A stretch of DNA of 64,000 bases from Promethearchaeota archaeon Loki_b32. Lineage in GTDB: Archaea; Asgardarchaeota; Lokiarchaeia; Sigyniarchaeales; SOKP01. Of this stretch, positions 31,911 through 41,905 are shown piece after piece. The notes under the pieces are model-generated. The model had not been told where the DNA came from. It ran no database searches and worked only from the letters and a program-made list of their open reading frames with translations. How positions within the stretch are numbered: the stretch's first letter is position 1; the number at the start of each line of letters is the position of its first letter. The position numbers and the translations under genes were made by a program. The DNA is taken from positions 96,001-160,000 of the forward strand of contig NJBH01000002.1 in assembly GCA_005223125.1 (NCBI GenBank). Reading direction: 5' to 3'.

Positions 31911-34598
31911 TCAATAGAATTCTTGAACTTTGGACACATTATCAATTATATTTACTTCAAACAATGTATCGGCGATATCTTCTAATTCATTATGATGAGT
32001 AACGACAATTAACTGGGGAATTATATGACTTTCTTTCTTAAAATCTTTCATAGCCTCAACCAATTCTTTTCGCCTTTCTTTGTCTAAATGGGTTGTTGGC
32101 TCATCCATAATAACTGTGGATATTTGACTTGAAAGTAGCCTTGCAATCGCAAGTCGTAATATGATTGCTATAGCAACTTTTTCACCACCACTTACTGAAT
32201 TAATTGAAAGTTTGCCTGTACGCCCAATAATCGTAATATCAAGATCCTCATCAATAGAAATATCTGTAATATTGATATTAAAAGCATCTAAATATTCTTT
32301 TGCGAATTCAGTAATTTTGGGAGCAAATATTTTTCTTATTGCTTTTTGTAATCCGTCTTTAGAAAAGGCAGCTCTAATTTTTAATAAAAATTTGTTAAAA
32401 TTTCGAATTTTGTCAAATTCTTTTAATTTTTCCTTAAATTCTTGAATATTTTGCTCCTTTTCTTTTAATTGAGTTTCTTGGTTTTTTATTTGTTTAATAA
32501 GTAATTTCTTATTACTCTTTTTTGTATTTACGCTATCTTTAATTTCATTATATTCATTCATAGCATTCTCATAGTCTTCTTTCGTATATACTAATTCTTT
32601 TATCTTTTCATTAGTATCTTTTAAATTTTTCTTTAAAATTTCTAATTCTTTATTATTTTTATCCAAATCTTGTTTATATTCTTCTAACTTTTCACTTTTG
32701 ACTATATACCCATCACATTTTTCTTTTATATTTCTAAGATGTTTTAATTCTTTTTCGGGGTCTTTTGGTTTTTCTTTAAAATTCTTAAGAACTGACGTAA
32801 TCGAAGATTCTATTTTATTTAAATCTGATTGTAAAATTTGAAGATGATTTTTTATTTCATTTACATCTCGCTTTTCACTTTTTAAAGCTTCTGCTGCTGC
32901 TTTATATAAAATGAATTTTTTCTTTATTAATTTCATTTGCTTTTTATTATCTTCAACAATTTTTTCCAATTCGGATTTTTCTGATAATTTAATTTGTTCT
33001 TGTTTTACCTTTTCTTCCAAACCACTTATTTTTGACTGTAGATTATTAAGTTTTTTCTCAAGTTCATGATAGCGGTCCAGGTCTAATTTTTTAATTTCTT
33101 CAAGTCTATTCGTTAACTTGGACTCCTCCTCATCTAGTCTTTGTTTTTGTTTGTCATTTTTTTTTAATTGTTCTTTTTTATTGGCACTTTCTTCACTAAA
33201 ATTATTAATTACCTTATTCCGATGATCTTCGGTTAAATCACTTGAACAGACTGGACATTTTGTACTCTCTCCGAGGATCTTTAAATATTCATCAATTTCT
33301 TCAATCCTTCCTTTCATCTTACCTGAAAGATCTATTAAATTTCTAACCTTATTGTTGATATCGTTAACATTTTTTTCTAATTTTTGGATTAATTTCTGTT
33401 TCTCGGAGATATCTACTTTTGGTAAGTATTTTAGAGTATTTTTTTCGATCTTAATTATTTCTTCTTGAAATTCCTTAATATTTTCGTTATAGTTCTTTAT
33501 ATCTGCATTGAATTTTGCTACTTGAATTTCAATTTCATTATATATCTTTAACTCTTTTTGTTCTTCTTCGACTTTCTTTTCAGTTTCTTGGTATTGTATA
33601 TAGAATTCCTTATTTGCCTCTTTTTTATCATGCCATCCCTCTACTCTATCGAGATCATTAGTATTAGTCTTTATATCATTCTCTTTATTTTTTTTTTTAT
33701 TTAATAAATCAATATAGCTCTCATAATGCTCAATATTTTTTATCTGTGGTCGAAGTTTTTTTGCTTCTTCTTTAGCACTTCTGGCTTCATCCACTTGTTT
33801 TGCTAACTTTTCGACCATTTTATTTACCGAAGAGATTTTTTCATTAAGTTCTGTCTGTTCATTGGTCATCTTTTCATTGTCTTCACGCTTTGTTTCCCAT
33901 AACTCTTTTTTCTTTAAGGCTTTTTTTAACGATTCTTCTTCTATTTTTATTTCCTCATCAATCTTTGAGACATTATCTTTGAGTTCTTTAATGCTTAACT
34001 CCAACTTGTCTTTAGCTTCTTGATGATCTTCTAATTTAGCCTGAATTACATCATAATCTTTTAATTTATCTTCAAAGGCATCTATAACAGCTTTCATATT
34101 ATCATAAGCTTTTTTCAACTTATCTATTTCTAATAATTTGGCCATCACTTCTTTTCGTTCTGCAGGTCTTCCATCAATTAAATTCGTAATTTCTCCCTGC
34201 CTAATAAAAATTGAATTGATAATCGCATCTTTATCCATTCCTAAAATTTTAGCAATTTCTTCACTTACCCCAGTCTGTTTTGTTGCTTTTGAGATACCAT
34301 TTTCTCTAATTACTGCATAAGGTCCGCTGTCTGTTTCTCTTCTTCTGACTACTTCATAATCATTTCCATTATGCTCAAAAATTAATTTTACTTCTGCATT
34401 ATTAGTACCTTTTCTGATAAGATCATCAATATTATCCCCTCTAACGTGTTCGCCACAAATTGAATAATAAATCCCATCGATAATTGAGGATTTCCCGGAA
34501 CCATTTTCTCCTCGAAAGACCGAAACCCCTCTTGGAAAATCAAATTTAGTATCTTTATGAGAAATAAAATTCTTTAATTCAATTCTTTTCAATATCAT
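31911..34598 (-). CDS. rad50: Rad50/SbcC ATPase
   Basis: GENGSGKS, IRQGEI, zinc hook CPVC, VSGGE, MDEPT, VVTH. Confidence 0.93.
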   Translation of the reverse strand: MILKRIELKNFISHKDTKFDFPRGVSVFRGENGSGKSSIIDGIYYSICGEHVRGDNIDDLIRKGTNNAEVKLIFEHNGNDYEVVRRRETDSGPYAVIRENGISKATKQTGVSEEIAKILGMDKDAIINSIFIRQGEITNLIDGRPAERKEVMAKLLEIDKLKKAYDNMKAVIDAFEDKLKDYDVIQAKLEDHQEAKDKLELSIKELKDNVSKIDEEIKIEEESLKKALKKKELWETKREDNEKMTNEQTELNEKISSVNKMVEKLAKQVDEARSAKEEAKKLRPQIKNIEHYESYIDLLNKKKNKENDIKTNTNDLDRVEGWHDKKEANKEFYIQYQETEKKVEEEQKELKIYNEIEIQVAKFNADIKNYNENIKEFQEEIIKIEKNTLKYLPKVDISEKQKLIQKLEKNVNDINNKVRNLIDLSGKMKGRIEEIDEYLKILGESTKCPVCSSDLTEDHRNKVINNFSEESANKKEQLKKNDKQKQRLDEEESKLTNRLEEIKKLDLDRYHELEKKLNNLQSKISGLEEKVKQEQIKLSEKSELEKIVEDNKKQMKLIKKKFILYKAAAEALKSEKRDVNEIKNHLQILQSDLNKIESSITSVLKNFKEKPKDPEKELKHLRNIKEKCDGYIVKSEKLEEYKQDLDKNNKELEILKKNLKDTNEKIKELVYTKEDYENAMNEYNEIKDSVNTKKSNKKLLIKQIKNQETQLKEKEQNIQEFKEKLKEFDKIRNFNKFLLKIRAAFSKDGLQKAIRKIFAPKITEFAKEYLDAFNINITDISIDEDLDITIIGRTGKLSINSVSGGEKVAIAIILRLAIARLLSSQISTVIMDEPTTHLDKERRKELVEAMKDFKKESHIIPQLIVVTHHNELEDIADTLFEVNIIDNVSKVQEFY

Positions 34599-35700
34599 CT
34601 TCGATAAATTCCTCCTTAAAATATTTATTCGCTAAATTTATAGCTGAATCTTTATTTCCATTCGAAAGATCATCATAAAGACCTTTTGCAAATTGTCCCA
34701 TATTTTCATTCTCAAAATGCTCCACAAAAATTGCTTGAAGATCATAGTTATCTTTTGAAATTTTAATCTCTTTTGACTTTTTTTCACTAAACCTTATTTT
34801 ATGATATATGACTTTATCCTTCAATAATTTCTCAACGTTCTGCTGAATAAGTGCTCTATCTAAATCCTTTCCGTATATTTTAAGATTAACTACTGGTTTA
34901 TTTTCTTTTTCCAGATATTTTGGCAGGTCATTGACCTCTGATGCTTCTAATTCAAGTCTTAATTGTGGTCGGATATCTAATGGTATGAATTCATATTCAA
35001 TATTCCCATCTTCAATATCTACTATATAAAAACCTTTCCCTTTCTTCTGCCAAGTTGTAACCTCATCTTGCTTTTTAATCTCTGTTGCCCCGCTATATAC
35101 TAAGTAGCCCTCTCCGAATTTTAAGACATTAGTTGCATGAATATGTCCTAATGCATAATAACTTGCTTTTTTTGGTAAATCATCTAAAGTTAATTGATAT
35201 ACTCCCTTAAAAGGTAAATATTTTTTAATTGCTTGGTGAAGAATTAAGACAGAATTTTTAGAATTTTCGGCTATCTTATCAAATTTTTTCAATTCTTTCT
35301 TTAAATGCTCTTTATTCATAGTCCTTAGATTTGATATTCCTGCAAATAGTACATCCTTAATTTTTATTGATTCTAAAGTAAAGCTTTTCCCTAGTATCTG
35401 AATGTTAAATAATTCATGTGGTATTTTAGCTTTTCTTTTAGGTATATCATGTTCTCCTAAGACAGTCAAAAACTTAATTTTACCATTTAATTTATCTATC
35501 CCTTCTTTAAAACTGAGAAGTGCTTTTATAGGAGGATGATAATTATCAAATAGATCACCCGCATGAATTATAACATCCACTCGTTCTTCTAAGCATTTAT
35601 CTATAACTTGATGAAATGCATCATAAAAATCCTGTTCTCGTATATCCAGATTATATTGCTTATATCCTAAGTGGGTGTCTGATACGTGAGCTATTCTCAT
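34579..35700 (-). CDS. mre11: Mre11/SbcD nuclease
   Basis: SDTHLG, AGDLFD, LGEHD, LHQ, ALGHIH phosphoesterase motifs. Confidence 0.93.
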   Translation of the reverse strand: MRIAHVSDTHLGYKQYNLDIREQDFYDAFHQVIDKCLEERVDVIIHAGDLFDNYHPPIKALLSFKEGIDKLNGKIKFLTVLGEHDIPKRKAKIPHELFNIQILGKSFTLESIKIKDVLFAGISNLRTMNKEHLKKELKKFDKIAENSKNSVLILHQAIKKYLPFKGVYQLTLDDLPKKASYYALGHIHATNVLKFGEGYLVYSGATEIKKQDEVTTWQKKGKGFYIVDIEDGNIEYEFIPLDIRPQLRLELEASEVNDLPKYLEKENKPVVNLKIYGKDLDRALIQQNVEKLLKDKVIYHKIRFSEKKSKEIKISKDNYDLQAIFVEHFENENMGQFAKGLYDDLSNGNKDSAINLANKYFKEEFIEDDIEKN

Positions 35701-35706
35701 ACTTTT

Positions 35707-37353
35707 TCACTCCAGCATACCTCTTGTATCTTCTAAATCTTGTCGTAGATCTTCTTCTCTTCGCTGTTCTTCATTATCAACATATTCACGGGCTTCGTTT
35801 AACATACCTAATAGATCTAAATCTGCTCCCCCTTCTTGAGTATTTCGTCTTCTTACTTTAACCATAACGGGGGCTCTTGTCAAATTACCAACAACTACAG
35901 CTTCTCCAATGTTTAATCCCGGTAAATCACTTAACAGATCTTCACTTAATTTTTCAGAACTTCTCTTAATTGCGGTTTGATCTTCTGCATTGGTTATTTT
36001 TAAAATCATTTGGCTATTGCATTGACTTAATGCATCCTGGTCCACTTTATAAGGTCTCTGAGTTATTAATGCCTGAAAGACTCCAAATTTCCTACCCTCA
36101 GCTGCAATTTCTTTTACTATATCTATTGAATATCCACCGCCTCTTCTCCCAGGTTTATTAGGTAAAAAACGATGAGCTTCTTCAATAAATACAAAGACGG
36201 GAAAATGATATTCATCACTTCTTCTTTGATCATATATTTCATTAAGTATTCGTGAAGCTATATAGTCTGCTACATAATCTGGGATTCCAGATAAATCAAT
36301 TACAGAAACATGCTTTGGACGTATAATATCACAGACAGGGGTTGTTGTATCGGCAAAAATTTGTAATCTGTGCATTCTTCTTACATATCTCAATGCATTG
36401 CGGGAATCATTTGTATCTGCATTAGTTAATTCATTAATTAGATCATCTAAATTATAACCCGTAGCAGAATCTAGATTCGCTAAAGCACTTTCTATTGCTG
36501 TTCTAATTCGAGTAAATCTTTCAGGAATACCACAGATATTAAATATTTCAAATGCATCTAAATCAGCAAAACGAATTGAATATTGTTCGATTTCCCTTCC
36601 AACATCAGCATCAGTATATATTCCTGTACTATTAGGTGTCTGAAATACTCCCATTCGATTAATTGTTTCAATTTCATCTTGCCTTCCTTCGTCATTTTGT
36701 TCGCCTTCTTCTAAATTTTCTTCACTTTCTTCTTCTAATTGATTTCCCAATAATACATAATCCGCATGCGGATCAATGATAACAATTGTAGCTCCTTTTT
36801 TGTATAATTCTTCAACAAGAACTCCTCCCAAGTAACTTTTTCCACCTCCAGTCTGAGCCAATATTGAGATATGTCTTTGAAAACCTTTTATAGATATATA
36901 AACAGGTACATCTGAACGTGTAATTAAATGTCCAATATATAATCCTTCTTCTTCGGGATATGAATAAAATTCAGCTAAAAGGTCATTTGAAGCTAAATAA
37001 ACAGGATTACCCGGTTTTATTGCCCTTCTTGGCTGAAAGATATTTCCATTATGTAAATATCCTAGAACTCGTGCTTTAGCAAAGCATCGAGCATCAGCTA
37101 ATCCCGCACTTATAATTTTTTCAGCATCTTCCATTTTCAGATCGGCGACAAGTGCACGAGAATCCGCAAATACTTCAAATATTTGAGCAATAATACTTAC
37201 GTCAGTTTCTCGCATTATTCCTGCAATATTTATTAGTTCTTTCGAATGTATAGCGACATATTCTAATCTATTAATATCTTTATTAGTCGAAAAATAAAAT
37301 TCGGAAGTATTAACTTCTCCAACTATTATTCCTATTTTAGGGATACCTGACAC
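35707..37353 (-). CDS. herA: HerA bipolar DNA helicase/translocase
   Basis: N-terminal HAS barrel, Walker A AQTGGGKS, IIDPHADY, IEEAHRF, EGRKFG, TQRP. Confidence 0.92.
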   Translation of the reverse strand: MSGIPKIGIIVGEVNTSEFYFSTNKDINRLEYVAIHSKELINIAGIMRETDVSIIAQIFEVFADSRALVADLKMEDAEKIISAGLADARCFAKARVLGYLHNGNIFQPRRAIKPGNPVYLASNDLLAEFYSYPEEEGLYIGHLITRSDVPVYISIKGFQRHISILAQTGGGKSYLGGVLVEELYKKGATIVIIDPHADYVLLGNQLEEESEENLEEGEQNDEGRQDEIETINRMGVFQTPNSTGIYTDADVGREIEQYSIRFADLDAFEIFNICGIPERFTRIRTAIESALANLDSATGYNLDDLINELTNADTNDSRNALRYVRRMHRLQIFADTTTPVCDIIRPKHVSVIDLSGIPDYVADYIASRILNEIYDQRRSDEYHFPVFVFIEEAHRFLPNKPGRRGGGYSIDIVKEIAAEGRKFGVFQALITQRPYKVDQDALSQCNSQMILKITNAEDQTAIKRSSEKLSEDLLSDLPGLNIGEAVVVGNLTRAPVMVKVRRRNTQEGGADLDLLGMLNEAREYVDNEEQRREEDLRQDLEDTRGMLE

Positions 37354-38599
37354 GTCTATAACCTCTTGGTGTTGCTTTTTTTCCTATAATTTCTTCAAAT
37401 TTTTTTAAATATAATTCTTTAAAATCTACTCGTGATAATTTTACTTCATTATCCACGGCTGTAAGCCATATATTATAATTTTCCAACCCGCAATATCCCG
37501 CTGAAATTAATTTTAATACTTCATTTAAATCAATGTCTATCAATTTTGGCCATCCAATATCTAATAGTCTTTTATTAATACCAAAATACCATGCAGGTAT
37601 ATCTATTCGCATTGGAGTATCAATTCGAGTTGGTAAAATATGAAATGATATGATTGCTGGAAAGTCCAGCATCTCAAAAATAATTTTTTGAGCGTGCTTA
37701 ATAAAATCTGGATCTTCAGATAACGTTGGGAAATTAGATTCAATAAATTGTCTAAAATTTGTTCTTATTAATTTTTCCGCTCGTCGCCATCTGGTGCTAG
37801 CACCTAATAATAATGGTTTAGTATATCCAGAATCCTTTGCGTTACTAAGAATTAATAAAGAATCGGGTTTCCTTGCGATTAATTCTTCGGTCAACAAGAT
37901 AATATCTTTATCTCTTATTGATTTTGCTAATTTGAATGCATTTTTTGGTCTATCCAACGCTTCTGAAAGAAGTCTTTTTCTCAATTTTTTATCTGAAATT
38001 TTCTCTTTTAAGATCTCCTTTATTAAGAATTCTCTATAAAAAGAGGTTCTACTCTCTTTACTAATCCCTATAAGTAAAATTCCCTTTTCTTTACATAATT
38101 TTAATAATTTTAAATAAATTTCAAAATAATCTAGGATAAATCCCTTATTATTTTCCAGTTTAAGTTCCAATGGTAAGTGAACCATTCTACCATAAAGAGA
38201 ACCATCAATTAATAATATACCTTCAAATTGTTTTTCAATAGCTTGAATTCCTGCTAAATGTTCCGTCCATTCCATTACTCTTCCAATAAAAGTTGATTGA
38301 GTCATAATATTAGAGAAGTCAAAATCCGTAAAAATGGTTCTATACTTATTTTTCTTACCTAATGCTAAAGCACGACAGACAAAAAAGAAGCCTCCATTTG
38401 ATGTTGGACATCTCCCTCGACTACTATCTATTGCTATGACATCTTGTTCAGGGATACAGGAGTCTAATTGATAATTTATCCAATGAGCTTTAAATTTATT
38501 TTCATAAAATTTATTAATTTTTTTGTCCTCAAAATTTTCTAAAATCCTCTTAGATTTAGTATTTAAATCTACGATGAATTCTGTTAGAAATTCTGGCAT
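37337..38599 (-). CDS. nurA: NurA 5'-3' nuclease
   Basis: IAIDSS, LLIDGSL, GISKES, YNIWLTAVDNEVKL; overlaps herA by 17 bp. Confidence 0.88.
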   Translation of the reverse strand: MPEFLTEFIVDLNTKSKRILENFEDKKINKFYENKFKAHWINYQLDSCIPEQDVIAIDSSRGRCPTSNGGFFFVCRALALGKKNKYRTIFTDFDFSNIMTQSTFIGRVMEWTEHLAGIQAIEKQFEGILLIDGSLYGRMVHLPLELKLENNKGFILDYFEIYLKLLKLCKEKGILLIGISKESRTSFYREFLIKEILKEKISDKKLRKRLLSEALDRPKNAFKLAKSIRDKDIILLTEELIARKPDSLLILSNAKDSGYTKPLLLGASTRWRRAEKLIRTNFRQFIESNFPTLSEDPDFIKHAQKIIFEMLDFPAIISFHILPTRIDTPMRIDIPAWYFGINKRLLDIGWPKLIDIDLNEVLKLISAGYCGLENYNIWLTAVDNEVKLSRVDFKELYLKKFEEIIGKKATPRGYRRVRYP

Positions 38600-38791
38600 T
38601 TTATTATTATATTTTACATTTTTTTCAAATTTTTTGTCTTTAATATAAAGAATACAAATTCAATATTATTTAAATCTTAAAGCTTAATCTGTTAACTTTT
38701 CTTTGCCAAAACGGAATTTTTCCTTTTATATTTTTTTGATTAATGCCTCTTAAGGCTTTTTAGATTCAAATGAGCAATGCTTTTCTATTTT

Positions 38792-40270
38792 TTACATATA
38801 ATTGCTATATGCTGTAGGAGGTGTAATATCTCTACCTTTCAATTCTCCCATTATTTTTCCTACTTTTTTTGATACTGAGAGTGTAACGGGCATTCTTTTA
38901 CAAAAATCTGTGCTATTCCAGTCTAATTTTGTTAAATTGATTATATCTCTTGCTAATATTTCAGTATCACTATCACTTTTTTCTACAATTACTTCAATAG
39001 GTTTTGGTATCATACTACCTGGATATGTATCAAGACAAGGAATGTAACCAGTTGTATAAAGATTAAAGACTTTTTTATTATTGGAATTTCTTTCAAATAC
39101 AGAACCACGAGCTATAGGATAATCTGTTGAGGTAATTGCATTAAAATGACAATATTCTTTAATATGAATAAAATCTTGGATTTCAATATTTTTTGTTGAT
39201 TTTAAAAATCCTTCATTTTCTTCCTCAGTATATTCCGATTTTTTATGTACAACAATTCTATTAGGCTTACTATTATGGTGTTGTCTTTTATATAAGTTAA
39301 TAGCTTGGGACAAAATATCTTTTGCTTGTTCTTCTGTAAGATTGGTTCTTCTAATATCTTCTTCATGTTCAACTTTTAATTCTAAACCTCTAGCCACTTG
39401 AGAGTCACCAGTCCTCATATAGACCTGAGCTATAGCAGCTTTAATAACTACACTATCTCTTTTATTAATATCATAGTAAAATGAAATTCCAACATGAACA
39501 GTTTCAGGATTTAAATCAGCTAATTTCCAGGGAATACCTGAAAATTTATAATATTGGGCAACAACATAGTTCCAAGCAATTGAAGCAGGATCTTCCAAAT
39601 TCCCTCCTTTGAATTCCAATGTTTGAGGAAGCATTAATTGTGTTCGCAAATTCAACTCATATCCTAGAACTTTTATATAATTATGGAAATCATAAAATAT
39701 TGGACGTTCACTTTGATCCATTGAAGCTATTCTCTGTAAATCTCGAAAATTCCGATCGCTTAGTCGGATTTTCTTATCTTTTGTAAATGGATCTGAACAA
39801 GCTTCTAGAATTTTTTTAGGAATAGTAATAATAATAACAGGTCTTGGAAGATTTTGCCCACTCAAATCTTTCAGAATCTGCTTTATATGTTCTGAAAATT
39901 CAACAATTCTTTCATTTCGGTTAGCAATATTAAGAATTTTTTCAATATTTTGTGAAGAAATTTCTTGACAATAATTATCATCTTTCTCCATATAAAATCC
40001 TAACGGACCATCTTGATATAATCCTGGAAAATCAAGATTTCTTATATTTGAATTAGGATATGTCACACCTTCTATTGAATATTGTAATAAAGAAAGAAAA
40101 TCAATTGCCGCATTAATTGATTTTTTCGATCCAATTATTCCTATAGGAATTCTTAAATTATTATGTTCCAATCCATTTGGTTTATAATTTAATAATCCTA
40201 CTCTTGGATCAGCACATGTAGTTTTATCTCTGAAAATTAAATCCGGTTCTGGCACTAAAAACGATCTCAT
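38792..40270 (-). CDS. ago: Short prokaryotic Argonaute (MID-PIWI, catalytically inactive)
   Basis: EPDLIF..DPRVGL start; MID DFHNYIK...TQL...AWN..VAQYYK.SGIPW; PIWI VGISF, VVHKKS, LTKLDWN, PVTL; ends YSNYM; DEDX tetrad absent. Confidence 0.93.
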   Translation of the reverse strand: MRSFLVPEPDLIFRDKTTCADPRVGLLNYKPNGLEHNNLRIPIGIIGSKKSINAAIDFLSLLQYSIEGVTYPNSNIRNLDFPGLYQDGPLGFYMEKDDNYCQEISSQNIEKILNIANRNERIVEFSEHIKQILKDLSGQNLPRPVIIITIPKKILEACSDPFTKDKKIRLSDRNFRDLQRIASMDQSERPIFYDFHNYIKVLGYELNLRTQLMLPQTLEFKGGNLEDPASIAWNYVVAQYYKFSGIPWKLADLNPETVHVGISFYYDINKRDSVVIKAAIAQVYMRTGDSQVARGLELKVEHEEDIRRTNLTEEQAKDILSQAINLYKRQHHNSKPNRIVVHKKSEYTEEENEGFLKSTKNIEIQDFIHIKEYCHFNAITSTDYPIARGSVFERNSNNKKVFNLYTTGYIPCLDTYPGSMIPKPIEVIVEKSDSDTEILARDIINLTKLDWNSTDFCKRMPVTLSVSKKVGKIMGELKGRDITPPTAYSNYM

Positions 40271-40285
40271 TTTTTATCTCCTCTT

Positions 40286-41707
40286 TTAATTAAAAAATTT
40301 ATCTATTCTTGTATCATTAACTCCGATTGTTTTAGAGCTCCAATTGACTGTATGCTCCATCAAGGGCTTTATTATAAATTCATTAAACCAGGGATCTTTA
40401 TCTCGGCTAAAATAATCACTAGTTAAGAAATCGCTCCAAAATTCTAACCTAAGTCTCCAACTTGGATTTCTATTCCATTTTGGATTCAAATACTTTTTAT
40501 GTAGATTACTTGAATGGTCTCCTGTTATCGTATTTACACCATTTCTAGTAAAAATAAATCTAGGCCAAATAAATAAACCCATTTTACCATCATATTCATC
40601 TAATCGAATGAAAACAGATTTATGCTCAACATAATACAGTGTTCCATCTGGGCTATAAATTGGTTTAGTTACTGTTTTAATTTTTCTATTGGGTAGATTA
40701 ATTTTAATTGGTTCTACACTGCCCTTTGGTTTATCATCAATAGGTTCGTCATAAGCAAAGAAAAAATCACTCTCCCATCTTCTTAAACCTTTACACCACA
40801 AATATCTTCGTAATGATGTATAAAGTAATTCCCTTTTCCTCTGAATATCAAGCCTATCTGTATCATGGTCATATACTGGTCCTGAAATATGGGGTCTAAG
40901 AACATTCAGATTCTTCTCAAATGACCTTACAACTGGTTCAGGTGCTTCAAATCGTGGAACAACAAATTCAGGTAACCTTTGCTTTTCTTCAGATCTAACT
41001 CTGTCAATTATAGTCTTTTTAAGTTTGAATTTGGATTTAACTTGCCAAAATTTTTGCGGATATTGTAATTCCATAAAATTTAATATAAGATTGTCCTTTT
41101 CTCTCGTTGGATCTCTTCGATTCTTAATTTCTCTTAACAATCTTTTATGCTGTGAATTTAGATTTTTTCTAAAAATATCTTCTCTATCTCTTACTCGTTC
41201 GACTAAACCAAGTAGGGAACAAACCTTTACATCAGTATTTCTAAAAAACTCTAAAATTTCTGATTCATTAGCGGAATTTAACTTTTCTACTTTTTTCTCA
41301 TCAAAATTTAATCCTTCCTTATTATTAAACCAATTTAAAATTTCTTCCTTTTCTGCTTCCCTTGTTAATACTTTTTTAGTCTGATTTTTTTTATTAAATT
41401 TATTCGCAAAAATTACAAATCTAAATCTTCTTTCAGGTCTTAAAATTAACCAATAATAGAAATAGTCAAATATTTCGTGTCTAAGATTTTCAGATTTAGC
41501 AAAAATCGAGACTTGAGTATTTTTAGCTTCTATCCATAAATTTTCTTTCTTATTATCCATGATAATATCAGATAAAGTCCCCTCATTTAAGGAATTCTTA
41601 GTTAAATGATAACCTTGAGTTTGATAATACCTTATAATGTATTTTTTATATAATTCTGAATTATAATTACGAGCTTCTCTCTCTGATTCAAAATCTTCCC
41701 ATGACAT
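40286..41707 (-). CDS. PD-(D/E)XK nuclease-APAZ partner of the short pAgo (SPARDA-like)
   Basis: N-terminal LSDIIM...WIEAKN; C-terminal APAZ-like VEHKSV...IWPRFIFTRNG...RNPSWRLRLEFWSDFL; 15 bp upstream of ago. Confidence 0.8.
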   Translation of the reverse strand: MSWEDFESEREARNYNSELYKKYIIRYYQTQGYHLTKNSLNEGTLSDIIMDNKKENLWIEAKNTQVSIFAKSENLRHEIFDYFYYWLILRPERRFRFVIFANKFNKKNQTKKVLTREAEKEEILNWFNNKEGLNFDEKKVEKLNSANESEILEFFRNTDVKVCSLLGLVERVRDREDIFRKNLNSQHKRLLREIKNRRDPTREKDNLILNFMELQYPQKFWQVKSKFKLKKTIIDRVRSEEKQRLPEFVVPRFEAPEPVVRSFEKNLNVLRPHISGPVYDHDTDRLDIQRKRELLYTSLRRYLWCKGLRRWESDFFFAYDEPIDDKPKGSVEPIKINLPNRKIKTVTKPIYSPDGTLYYVEHKSVFIRLDEYDGKMGLFIWPRFIFTRNGVNTITGDHSSNLHKKYLNPKWNRNPSWRLRLEFWSDFLTSDYFSRDKDPWFNEFIIKPLMEHTVNWSSKTIGVNDTRIDKFFN

Positions 41708-41905
41708 TGTATCTTATTTTTTCATTTTTTTATAAGAATAAATTATACTTCCTTATGTTACTTATGTTGTATATTATATATATAAACTTTATGTCAAATA
41801 TATTATTATAAAAAATTACTAATCTTTGAAAAACTAAATCTTTAAATCTTAGTTTATCGAATTATTATAATGTAGATAATGTTGCTAATTTATTAATAAG
41901 TTAAT

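Noticed and set aside
38600-38791. Treating ago and nurA as certainly one transcript
   Set aside because: The 192-bp gap has TATA-like TTTAAATA/TTTATATT on the minus strand, so nurA may have its own promoter.
38792-40270. Eukaryote-like slicing long Asgard Argonaute
   Set aside because: No N/PAZ domains in this ORF and the catalytic tetrad is absent.
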